Source: Actinobacteria bacterium UBA3086
GTDB lineage: Bacteria > Actinomycetota > Coriobacteriia > Anaerosomatales > UBA3086
Length of the DNA stretch: 36,852 nt
Assembly: GCA_002367305.1 (NCBI GenBank)
Contig: DFBG01000162.1
Location: forward strand, 1 to 36,852
Direction of reading: 5' to 3'
Of this stretch, positions 16,258 through 24,409 are shown one piece after another (the first letter of the stretch is position 1; every line of letters starts with the position of its first letter). Below the pieces are notes generated by a model that was not told the origin of the DNA, did no database searches, and saw nothing but the letters and a program-made list of their open reading frames with translations. Made by a program: the position numbers and the translations under genes.

Positions 16258-16554
16258 CTATTTCACGCAGGATGAGTACTTGAGGAAGACCTTGATCGCC
16301 TCGTCGATAAGCTCATCGCGTGTCTTGTCCTCATCATCAATGAGGCAGTTCTTCATCGAGTGGCCGATGATGTGCATGCCGACCTGATTGAGCGCCGACT
16401 TGGCCGCCATTATCTGCGTGAGAACCGCTTCGCACTCTTTGCCTGACTCCAGCATGCTTTGGAGACCGCGAATCTGCCCCTCAAGCCGCTTGAGTCGATT
16501 GATGATCCGCTTGCGCTCAGCAACCTCGGCGACAGCTGCTATCGGTTCAGTCAT
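16258..16554 (-). CDS. CsoR/RcnR-family metal- or thiol-sensing transcriptional repressor
   Basis: INRLKRLEGQIRGLQSML...CEAVLTQIMAAKSALNQVG...HSMKNC is the CsoR-family helical-bundle signature with the two sensing Cys 29 residues apart. Confidence 0.85.
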   Translation of the reverse strand: MTEPIAAVAEVAERKRIINRLKRLEGQIRGLQSMLESGKECEAVLTQIMAAKSALNQVGMHIIGHSMKNCLIDDEDKTRDELIDEAIKVFLKYSSCVK

Positions 16555-16609
16555 GGGTTCGCTCCTCGTTCTTGGATGCGGTATCCTGAATCGTTACGTT
16601 GAGCATAAC

Positions 16610-16626
16610 ATACCCCCTAGGGGTAT
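16610..16626. promoter_or_regulatory. CsoR-family operator 2 (ATACCCC-CTA-GGGGTAT) in the divergent csoR-like/CDF promoter region
   Basis: Same 7-bp arms as operator 1. It sits 56 nt from the repressor start and 54 nt from the CDF start. The terminal TAT of each arm can serve as the start of a -10 element (TATGAA on +, TATGTT on -). Confidence 0.6.
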
Positions 16627-16680
16627 GAAATCGCAAGCAATCGATTCGAGTTCCTTCTGATTTGGGTTCGGGGGTGCGCC

Positions 16681-17625
16681 GTGGGCTACACACGCGTGGA
16701 CACTGAGATGAGCTCTGTTCGTATCTCGCGTATCAGGCGCGTACTCATCGTCATACTCGTTCTGAATCTCGCCGTTGCCTTCGCCAAGCTCGCATGGGGT
16801 GTCATATCCGGCTCGGTCTCGATGCAGGCCGACGGTTTTCACTCGCTGTTCGACGGTACATCCAACGTGGTTGGTCTCGTCGGTCTGTATCTCGCCAGCA
16901 GGCCCGCTGATCATGATCATCCCTATGGACACGGCAAGTATGAAACGTATGCCTCCGCAGCCATCGGGGCGATGCTCATTCTGGCCGCGTACAACGTGGG
17001 CTCGTCGGCGATACGACGGCTCATGGATGGAGGTGCGTCGCCTGACGTCACCGCAGTCTCCTTTGCGGTCATGATCCTGACGCTGATGGTCAATGTCGGT
17101 ATCACGCTCTACGAGCGGCGGGTGGGAGCAGAACTACGAAGCGAGATCCTGATCGCGGATGCGAGCCACACCGCGAGTGACGTGCTGGTCAGCGGCGGTG
17201 TACTTGCCGGATTGCTCGTTGTGAAACTGGGATTCCCTATCGCTGACCCCTTGATTGCGCTCGGGGTTGCGGGTGCCATTACGTTCAGTGCGTGGCGAGT
17301 GTTCGGACAGGCGAGTGCCACGCTCACCGATTCGGCGAGGATTCCTTCGTCGGAGATATGCGATATCGTACTCGCGGTCGACGGCGTGCTGGGCTGCCAT
17401 CACATACGCACGCGTGGGTCGGCCTCCGAGGTCTATGTGGACATGCACATCCAGGTTGATCCTGCGCGTAGCGTGGAGTCCGGTCACGAGATATCCGAGA
17501 ATGTTGAACGTGCCGTCTGTGTCGGACTCGGCAATGTCGTCGATGTCATCGTGCATCTTGAACCTCTAGATGACTATCAGAGTGAGAAGACCGCTGAGGA
17601 GATCGATGCAGGACTTGCAGACTAG
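16681..17625 (+). CDS. cation diffusion facilitator (CDF) family divalent-metal efflux transporter
   Basis: HSLFD (TM2) and HTASD (TM5) form an HD-HD site, plus DHDHPYGHGKYE and a C-terminal cytoplasmic domain. The exact start is uncertain. Confidence 0.85.
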   Translation: MGYTRVDTEMSSVRISRIRRVLIVILVLNLAVAFAKLAWGVISGSVSMQADGFHSLFDGTSNVVGLVGLYLASRPADHDHPYGHGKYETYASAAIGAMLILAAYNVGSSAIRRLMDGGASPDVTAVSFAVMILTLMVNVGITLYERRVGAELRSEILIADASHTASDVLVSGGVLAGLLVVKLGFPIADPLIALGVAGAITFSAWRVFGQASATLTDSARIPSSEICDIVLAVDGVLGCHHIRTRGSASEVYVDMHIQVDPARSVESGHEISENVERAVCVGLGNVVDVIVHLEPLDDYQSEKTAEEIDAGLAD

Positions 17626-18616
17626 GGAGACGCCCCGGGAAGTGCGTGAGGGCGCGACGAGCCCCTCTGACTCGTGGAAGGGGTACGCTCTCGCGGTTCT
17701 GGCGGCGGTGAGCTGGGCCACGGGCGGGCTCATGGCCAAGTGGCTGTTCAGTCCAATCGATGCGACGACCGCTGACTGGCCTTTTCCCCCACTGGGCATC
17801 GACGTGGACCCCATGACACTCTCGGCTTCTCGAGCAGTGGTCTCGGCATTGATTCTCATGACGTATCTGCTCTTGCGTCGACGAGATGAGCTTCGGGTCA
17901 CTAGGCGGGAGCTGGCATTCCTTGCCTTCTTCGGTGTTGTGGGCCTTGCGATAGTTCATTTCACGTATTTCCAGGCGATCAGCTACACCAACGTGGCGAC
18001 GGCGATTCTGCTTGAGTATCTCGCACCCGTGATCGTGCTCGTCTTTTCGGTCGCGTTCCTGGGCGAGCGGCTGACCTGGACGCTCCCTTTCGGCGTCGGC
18101 CTCTCCGTCTCAGGGTGTGCACTGGTCGTGGGTGTTGCGAGTGGCGAGGGGATGATGATCTCGTCCGGGGGACTCTTCTGGGGCCTGGCTTCTGCGGTAT
18201 TCTTTGCAGGCTACTCGCTCCTCGGTAAGTATGCGTCCAAGAGATTCACGCCCTGGACGATGATGTCTTACGGACTCTCATCTGCGGCGATCTTCTGGTT
18301 GATCGTGCAAGGAGGTCCCAGTCGAGTTTTGGAGTTCACTGGTAGTCCTGCGGGCCTAGGCGCGGTCGTTTTCATTGCGATCGTGGGAACGATCATCCCG
18401 TTCTCATCGTTTCTCAAGGCGCTCCACTACATAGACGCGACCAAAGCGACAGTGACAGCCACACTTGAGCCAGTGCTCGCGGGTTTGGTGGCATATGTTC
18501 TGTTCGGTGAGTCCTTCGATCTCATTCAGATGACCGGTGGATTCATGGTCATCGCGGCGATCATGGTGGTTCAATCGTCCGGTCGCGCAGATCAGCTGGT
18601 TCCTCCTGCAGCGTGA
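17570..18616 (+). CDS. DMT-superfamily (EamA-type) transporter
   Basis: About ten TM helices in two EamA-like halves. The start is ambiguous (ATG 17570, ATG 17606 or GTG 17642) and it overlaps or abuts the CDF stop. Confidence 0.75.
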   Translation: MTIRVRRPLRRSMQDLQTRETPREVREGATSPSDSWKGYALAVLAAVSWATGGLMAKWLFSPIDATTADWPFPPLGIDVDPMTLSASRAVVSALILMTYLLLRRRDELRVTRRELAFLAFFGVVGLAIVHFTYFQAISYTNVATAILLEYLAPVIVLVFSVAFLGERLTWTLPFGVGLSVSGCALVVGVASGEGMMISSGGLFWGLASAVFFAGYSLLGKYASKRFTPWTMMSYGLSSAAIFWLIVQGGPSRVLEFTGSPAGLGAVVFIAIVGTIIPFSSFLKALHYIDATKATVTATLEPVLAGLVAYVLFGESFDLIQMTGGFMVIAAIMVVQSSGRADQLVPPAA

Positions 18617-18651
18617 TTGATCTCCAAGAATGAATGGCTCGGGGCTGAGAG

Positions 18652-18667
18652 TGGTATATAGTTTGCT
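18652..18667 (+). promoter_or_regulatory. candidate -24/-12 (sigma-54-type) promoter upstream of rpoN
   Basis: TGGTAT-ATAGT-TTGCT has correct GG/GC spacing and sits 45 nt upstream of the rpoN ATG. It has two mismatches to TGGCAC. Confidence 0.3.
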
Positions 18668-18711
18668 AGAGGCGCGATTCTCGCCGAATGTGTTGCGTGG
18701 TTGGAGGAGCC

Positions 18712-20109
18712 ATGGAGCTCACACAAAGGCCCAGTCTACGACAGAAGGTCACACTCTCGCCACAGGTCTATCAGGGCTTGAGTATCCTTGCTATGCCCGT
18801 TGCTGATCTGGCGCAACTCGTTGAGTCTGAGATGCTTGAGAACCCCACTCTCGAGGTGGAAGAGGTCGAGCCAGAGGTCGACGATGCCCCTGACGAGCGC
18901 GAGGAGAGGGACGCTGAGGATGAGCGTGCCTGGGATGAATGGCTCGAGATGTATGACGATCTCGATTCCTCCGATCAGGCCGCTCCCCGAGATCCCAATG
19001 CCGAGGCTGTGAACACGGACGACTTTGTCGGTGGTGTCCAGACTTTCGATGAGCACCTGAACAATCAGATCGGCATGCTCGATATCAGCGAAGAGGTGAC
19101 ACACGCCGCTCAGGCGATCGTGGGCTCTCTTGATCGCGATGGTTTCTTCGAGGGCGATCTCGAGGAGATCGCCCTGCAGACCGGCGTGGATACTGCGACT
19201 GCTGAAGAAGCGCTGTTCGCCGTTCAGCAGTTGGACCCGCCAGGTGTAGGGGCGACTGATCTCGCCAGTGCCCTCTCCATACAGATGCAGCATCTGGGCA
19301 TCGAGGAGCCGTTGCTGGAGATGATCGTGCGCGAGCATCTCGATGACATCGCGGCTAACCATTACCGCAAGGTTGCCCGGATGTTGAAAGTGGATGAGGC
19401 GGAAGTGCGTCGGGTCGTGGAGATCATGCGTACACTCAATCCGCGACCGGCGGGAGCATTCTCGCCTGGGCCTTCGCCGGGCTACATCGTTCCAGATATC
19501 ACGCTACGTCGTTTCGATGACGACTGGCTCATCATTGCCAACAACGAGGCAGTGCCCACTTTGAGGGTGTCTCCTCGATATCGCTCAATGTTGCGCAGCG
19601 GATCAAGCGCTGACGATGAGACGCGTCGCTATCTCAAGGAGCGGATTCGATCGGCCGAGAGCTTCATCCGCAACGTGGATCGTCGCAAGGACACAGTCAG
19701 TCGCATCGCGGAGATCATCCTCGAGGTACAGTCTGAATTCTTCGAGGACGGAAAGGGTCCGCTGCGTCCGTTGCGTCTTGAGGACGTGGCAGTTGAGATA
19801 GGTGTTCACCTCTCCACGGTGAGCCGAGGTGTTACCGCCAAGTATATGGATACGCCATACGGACTGTTCGAGCTCAAGCATTTTTTCTCGGGTGGCTACC
19901 GCACGAGACAGGGGTTCGATATTGCGGCGACCAGCATCAAGCAACGTTTGCGTGAGCTCGTAACCGAAGAGGACGCTGCAAAGCCGCTGTCCGATCAGAA
20001 GATCGCCGAGCTGCTGAGTAACGAAGGTGTCACCGTGGCGCGACGCACCGTGGCCAAGTATCGTGAGGAGCTCACGATCGAGCCTTCGTGGGCAAGGCGA
20101 CGCCGATGA
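18712..20109 (+). CDS. rpoN: RNA polymerase sigma-54 factor
   Basis: Region I MELTQRPSLRQKVTLSPQVYQGLSILAMP, an acidic region II, and the C-terminal RpoN box ARRTVAKYR. ATG 18712 follows GGAGGAG; the ORF-track start is 18688. Confidence 0.95.
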   Translation: MELTQRPSLRQKVTLSPQVYQGLSILAMPVADLAQLVESEMLENPTLEVEEVEPEVDDAPDEREERDAEDERAWDEWLEMYDDLDSSDQAAPRDPNAEAVNTDDFVGGVQTFDEHLNNQIGMLDISEEVTHAAQAIVGSLDRDGFFEGDLEEIALQTGVDTATAEEALFAVQQLDPPGVGATDLASALSIQMQHLGIEEPLLEMIVREHLDDIAANHYRKVARMLKVDEAEVRRVVEIMRTLNPRPAGAFSPGPSPGYIVPDITLRRFDDDWLIIANNEAVPTLRVSPRYRSMLRSGSSADDETRRYLKERIRSAESFIRNVDRRKDTVSRIAEIILEVQSEFFEDGKGPLRPLRLEDVAVEIGVHLSTVSRGVTAKYMDTPYGLFELKHFFSGGYRTRQGFDIAATSIKQRLRELVTEEDAAKPLSDQKIAELLSNEGVTVARRTVAKYREELTIEPSWARRRR

Positions 20110-21635
20110 CGCCGCTCTCCGACATTCCTTCATCGCAGGAGTTGGGTCGGGCAGATCAGGGCGATCAGGGCAAACGGATCCGGTCTGTGTCGGCGATCGT
20201 CGCGATGTTGCTCACGGTAACGATCCTGCATCTGTTCACCAATGCGACGGGGGACAACCAAGTCCTCCACATGCTGTATCGCAGGCTCTACTACATTCCC
20301 ATCCTGTATGCGGCGTTCGTCTTTGGACGTCGGGGAGGAGTGCTGTCCGCATTGGCGGCGGCGATTCCCTTTGGCTTTCACGCACAGATGACGCTCGGCG
20401 GGTTGACTGGTCCGCATCTGGACAACTCCATGGAAATCGTGATGTATCTCGGCGTAGGACTTCTCTTTGGCCAGCTGCGTGATACGGATGAGCGACGTAA
20501 TCGTGATCTTCGTGATCTCTCGGGACGGCTGGAGGACGCCTACAAGACTCTTGAGGATCGGGCCATAGAGCTCATCAACGTCCAGGATTTCTCGCAGTCC
20601 ATTCTGAGATCGATCACGTCCGGCGTGCTCACCATCGGCCCCGATGGTTCGGTCATGACCTCGAACCCCGCAGCTGAGCGCATGTTAGGGCTTTCCGAGT
20701 ACGAGATGGTTCCGCAGCATATTCGCACGCTGTTCAGAGATGATGGCGGACTCACGCTTGATATCGAACGGGTTCTCTCCGGCCGACTGCCGCTGACACT
20801 TCGCGAGGTCTCGCTCGTGACGCGAGCCAACCGAACGATGCAGGTCCAGGCGTCGTGCTCACGTATGCGGGCGGTGGGAGGTAGGATCCTCGGTGCTGTT
20901 CTGACCATTGAGGACATCTCGGAGGTCAAATCGCTGACGGAGCAGCTGATCCGTTCGGATCGACTCGCCGCCATGGGCGAGTTGACGGCGGGTGTTGCAC
21001 ATGAGGTCAGAAACCCGTTGGGGGTCATCCGGGCTTCCGTGCAACTGCTTGAAGATGCAAAGTGCGACGAGGGCCGGATGCTCGAAGCGACGGGTGTCAT
21101 CAAACAGGAGATCGATCGTCTCGACAAGGTCGTCAAGGCCCTCCTCGACTTCGGTAGACCCTCACGGCCGACACTCTTGGCCATTCCGGTCGAAGGCGTG
21201 CTCAACGATGTCGTTCTCTTCACAAAGCGTTTCGCCAAGCAGGCGGAAGTCTCGATCAATCTGAACTTCCCAGATGACCTCTCTCCGGTCTTGGGTGACC
21301 CCGACCAACTGAAACAGGTGTTTCTCAACCTCGTGACCAATGCGGTTCAGGCCATGGAGAAGCAGGGTGGTCACATCGAGGTGAACGCGGTCAACGATGG
21401 CGACTTCGTTGAAGTGAGAGTTATGGATGACGGCCCAGGCATTCCGTCCCGCGATCTTGGGAAGGTGTTCGACCCCTTCCACTCCACGCGCGATGAGGGC
21501 ACGGGGTTGGGACTGACGATCGTTCATCGAATCATAGAGGAGCATGATGGGCATATCGAGGTAGAAAGTGACCCGGATGGTACGGCGTTCACGGTATCGT
21601 TACCGATCGCAATAGAACACGGGGGAGTGGAATGA
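20106..21635 (+). CDS. membrane PAS sensor histidine kinase (NtrB-like)
   Basis: ATGA overlap with the rpoN stop. N-terminal TM helices, a PAS domain, H-box HEVRNPL, N-box NLVTNAVQAM, and G-boxes DDGPGI / GTGLGL. Confidence 0.9.
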   Translation: MTPLSDIPSSQELGRADQGDQGKRIRSVSAIVAMLLTVTILHLFTNATGDNQVLHMLYRRLYYIPILYAAFVFGRRGGVLSALAAAIPFGFHAQMTLGGLTGPHLDNSMEIVMYLGVGLLFGQLRDTDERRNRDLRDLSGRLEDAYKTLEDRAIELINVQDFSQSILRSITSGVLTIGPDGSVMTSNPAAERMLGLSEYEMVPQHIRTLFRDDGGLTLDIERVLSGRLPLTLREVSLVTRANRTMQVQASCSRMRAVGGRILGAVLTIEDISEVKSLTEQLIRSDRLAAMGELTAGVAHEVRNPLGVIRASVQLLEDAKCDEGRMLEATGVIKQEIDRLDKVVKALLDFGRPSRPTLLAIPVEGVLNDVVLFTKRFAKQAEVSINLNFPDDLSPVLGDPDQLKQVFLNLVTNAVQAMEKQGGHIEVNAVNDGDFVEVRVMDDGPGIPSRDLGKVFDPFHSTRDEGTGLGLTIVHRIIEEHDGHIEVESDPDGTAFTVSLPIAIEHGGVE

Positions 21636-22990
21636 ACGAGCGGATTCTGATCGCTGATGATGAGAAGAACATGCGCTGGGTTCTGAGTCAGGCGCTCGAG
21701 GCCGCTGACTTCGAGGTCATTCAGGCCGAGAATGGGAAACAGGCTCTCAAAGCGATAGAGGAGCAACAGCCTGATGTCATGATTCTCGATCACCGGATGC
21801 CTGCGCCAGACGGTATGGAGGTTCTGCGCACGCTTCGTTCAAAGGACTACACCTTCCCCGTCATCATGCTCACTGCTCACGGGAACGTGCAGCTCGCGGT
21901 CGAGGCGATCAAGGCCGGGGCGAGTGAATATCTCACCAAGCCTTTCGATCTCGAGGAGCTCAAGCTGGCGATCGACAAGGCCATCCGCATGAGCGGGCTG
22001 GCTGCTGAGGTGCAGCGGCTGCGTGACGAGGTGGGACGCGACTACGATATGGAAGGCATCGTCGCAGGTGACGAGGGCATGCTGGCGGCTCTCGATACCG
22101 TGCATAAGGTGGCACCCACGAATGCGACCGTCGTCGTCTACGGTGAGTCCGGAACCGGCAAGGAACTCGTTGCTCGGGCGATCCATGAGCTTTCCGAGCG
22201 CAAGGGCAAACCGTTCGTATCGATCAGTGCCGGTGCGCTGCCGGAGACACTGCTCGAGAGCGAACTCTTCGGCTATGAGAAGGGGGCATTCACCGGTGCA
22301 GTCAGTGCGAAGCCTGGACGCTTTGAGATGGCCAACGGTGGCACTCTGTTTCTGGACGAGATCGGCGACATCACCCCTGCAGTTCAGGTCAAACTCCTGC
22401 GTGTGCTTCAGGAGCGTCGTTTCGAGAGGCTCGGGGGGACCCGGACCATCGAGGTGGATGTGCGCGTAGTAGCTGCCACCAATCGAGATTTGCAGCAGTT
22501 GATCGTGGACGGGGAGTTTCGAGAGGATCTCTTCTACCGCCTCAATGTGGTTCCGCTCACGCTTCCGCCACTCAGGCAGAGGTCGAGCGATGTGCCCATG
22601 CTCGTCGCTCATTTTCTGGAGAAGTTCAATGCCGGGAGCAAGCATATTTCCGATGAAGCTATGCAGGCGCTCATCGGGTACAAGTGGCCAGGCAACATTC
22701 GCGAGCTGGAGAACACGATAGAGCGACTTATCATCCTGTCCCATGAGGATAAGATCACCACGGCTGATCTACCGGTGGAGATTCGCGCGGGTCTTGGGTC
22801 GTTCTCCGATGCCAGGCCGGGTGGGTTCCTGTTGCCCGATGAGGGGATAGACCTCGAGGAAGTGGAACTCGATCTGGTCAGACAAGCACTTGAGCGATCA
22901 GGGGAGTCGGTACCGAAGGCGGCCAAACTCTTGGGACTCACGACCAAGACCATGGAGGCGCGCCTGTCACGGTTCGGCCTAAAGAACTGA
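21632..22990 (+). CDS. sigma-54-dependent response regulator (NtrC family enhancer-binding protein)
   Basis: ATGA overlap with the kinase stop. Receiver domain (ILIADDE, ILDHRMP, TKPF), AAA+ domain with GESGTGKE and GAFTGA, and a C-terminal Fis-type HTH. Confidence 0.95.
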   Translation: MNERILIADDEKNMRWVLSQALEAADFEVIQAENGKQALKAIEEQQPDVMILDHRMPAPDGMEVLRTLRSKDYTFPVIMLTAHGNVQLAVEAIKAGASEYLTKPFDLEELKLAIDKAIRMSGLAAEVQRLRDEVGRDYDMEGIVAGDEGMLAALDTVHKVAPTNATVVVYGESGTGKELVARAIHELSERKGKPFVSISAGALPETLLESELFGYEKGAFTGAVSAKPGRFEMANGGTLFLDEIGDITPAVQVKLLRVLQERRFERLGGTRTIEVDVRVVAATNRDLQQLIVDGEFREDLFYRLNVVPLTLPPLRQRSSDVPMLVAHFLEKFNAGSKHISDEAMQALIGYKWPGNIRELENTIERLIILSHEDKITTADLPVEIRAGLGSFSDARPGGFLLPDEGIDLEEVELDLVRQALERSGESVPKAAKLLGLTTKTMEARLSRFGLKN

Positions 22991-23039
22991 TTACCGTTCA
23001 CCGTCTCGCTGCCACCACTCATCGGAGCGGCCGGTTTCT

Positions 23040-23055
23040 TGGCACACCAGTTGCA
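23040..23055 (+). promoter_or_regulatory. sigma-54 (-24/-12) promoter TGGCAC-ACCAG-TTGCA
   Basis: Full match to TGGCAC-N5-TTGCW. It lies 49 nt after the activator stop and 45 nt before the AAGGAG-ATG of the next gene. Confidence 0.75.
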
Positions 23056-23099
23056 CTTCTCGGAGAAAGATCAACTGTACGTCCAAAAAGGAGCAACGG

Positions 23100-23483
23100 A
23101 TGGCCGGCAGGCCACATACACGCTTGTTCATCATCATCACCACTGCGGTGTCGTTGGTGCTCTCTCTGTTCGCTGTGCTGCATATCGCCAACGGTGGGTT
23201 GGGATTCGAGGGATGCACTGCTACGGCGACGTTCGGTTGGCTTATTCCGTTACTCTCAGGAGCGCTGGTTGCGGTAATCGCGTGGATGCTCATCGATGGG
23301 GACCGTGGTGGTCCCTCGGACTCGGTCAAGGGCGACCCTGAGGCTACCGTCTGCATGTATTGTGGGAGCGGCATCCTTCAAGAGTGGAAGCTCTGCCCCT
23401 ACTGCGGGCAGTTGAGGGAGTGCGACATGCGTATCGATCCTCATGCTGGGCGTCGCTCGGTGGAGGATTCACCACAGACCTGA
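23100..23483 (+). CDS. 2-TM membrane protein with C-terminal cytoplasmic zinc ribbon
   Basis: AAGGAG RBS, two hydrophobic helices, and C-terminal CMYCG-x10-CPYCG. Confidence 0.6.
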   Translation: MAGRPHTRLFIIITTAVSLVLSLFAVLHIANGGLGFEGCTATATFGWLIPLLSGALVAVIAWMLIDGDRGGPSDSVKGDPEATVCMYCGSGILQEWKLCPYCGQLRECDMRIDPHAGRRSVEDSPQT

Positions 23484-23509
23484 CTCTGCCACCGATGTTA
23501 GGGGTGCAC

Positions 23510-23737
23510 ATGGCTTCATTGACCAACACTGTGCTTGAGACAACGGGACTGCATTGTCGGTCCTGTTCCATGATGGTGGATATGACGGTCGGCGATCTCG
23601 ATGGGGTTGTCTCGTCCGAGACTGATTATGTGACCGGAGTCACCAAGGTGGAATTCGATTCTGACGTCGTTACCCTAGAGGGTATACTGGACGCGATTCG
23701 TTCTGCAGGATATGGTGCAGAGATTCCAAGCAAATAG
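23510..23737 (+). CDS. heavy-metal-associated (HMA, CopZ-like) domain protein
   Basis: 75 aa with the ferredoxin-like HMA pattern. The metal loop is GLHCRSC instead of GMTCxxC. The long ORF-track N-terminal extension (23360) overlaps the previous gene. Confidence 0.7.
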   Translation: MASLTNTVLETTGLHCRSCSMMVDMTVGDLDGVVSSETDYVTGVTKVEFDSDVVTLEGILDAIRSAGYGAEIPSK

Positions 23738-23764
23738 CCTGAATTGCGAGAGGACATTCTGACA

Positions 23765-24316
23765 ATGACTGAACAGGCGTACACCACTGGCGCACGCACG
23801 AAGTATCTCCTTATCGGCGTTATCGTGGTGCTCGCGTTCTTTGCCAGCTATGGTTTCGCGGCATCCCGGAGTGCATCGGTGAGTGAGGCGAATCTGGAAA
23901 CTGGCGGTGCGTATCCTGCTGCCTATGGTACGGATACCTCTCTCGCTTGTGACGGCGCAGAGTCGGGTGGCTGTGGTGGCGAAGGAGAAGGCGAAGAGTC
24001 GGGCGGTTGCGGTGGCGGTTCAGGTGCCGTGGTCGAAGGTGCGACCGTTTCGGATGGCACGGTGCAGTCCATTGCCATCGACCTGTCTGAGGGATTCTTC
24101 AACCCAAATGTGATCTACGTCGAGGCTGGCACGCCGCTCGTGCTCGAGTTTGGTGAGGGACATGGATGCATGGCCGAGGTCATGTTCTCAGAGTTCGGCA
24201 TCTTGGAAGATGTCACCGATGGTGGCGCAGTGATCGAGCTGCCCGCCCTCGAGATCGGCGAGTACGGATTCTCCTGCGGCATGGAGATGGTATACGGCGT
24301 TCTTGTCGTCCGCTAG
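23765..24316 (+). CDS. signal-anchored protein with Cys/Gly-rich linker and cupredoxin-like C-terminal domain
   Basis: One N-terminal TM helix, then the linker ESGGCGG-EGEGE-ESGGCGG, then a beta-rich domain ending EGHGCMAEV...YGFSCGMEMVYGVLVV. This resembles EfeO-type cupredoxin-like domains. Confidence 0.5.
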   Translation: MTEQAYTTGARTKYLLIGVIVVLAFFASYGFAASRSASVSEANLETGGAYPAAYGTDTSLACDGAESGGCGGEGEGEESGGCGGGSGAVVEGATVSDGTVQSIAIDLSEGFFNPNVIYVEAGTPLVLEFGEGHGCMAEVMFSEFGILEDVTDGGAVIELPALEIGEYGFSCGMEMVYGVLVVR

Positions 24317-24409
24317 TAGACACACGTTTGCCCATGACGCCTGCCTGGGGATATTGTTTCGCAGGTGATGATATGTATGGTGCCCTACGGTGCCTGCCGC
24401 GCATTCTGA

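Noticed and set aside
21839-22744. 301-aa minus-strand ORF. The same applies to 20540..21340, 27588..28559, 10568..11170 and 36338..36817.
   Set aside because: All are antisense to genes with clear domain signatures (NtrC-type activator, kinase, PP2C phosphatase/STAS, radical SAM, YqhA). They are high-GC frame artefacts.
22907-22916. Perfect 10-bp palindrome TCGGTACCGA about 130 nt upstream of the sigma-54 promoter, considered as an activator binding site
   Set aside because: A 10-bp palindrome is expected many times by chance in 37 kb. There is no second copy nearby, and it lies inside the activator coding sequence.
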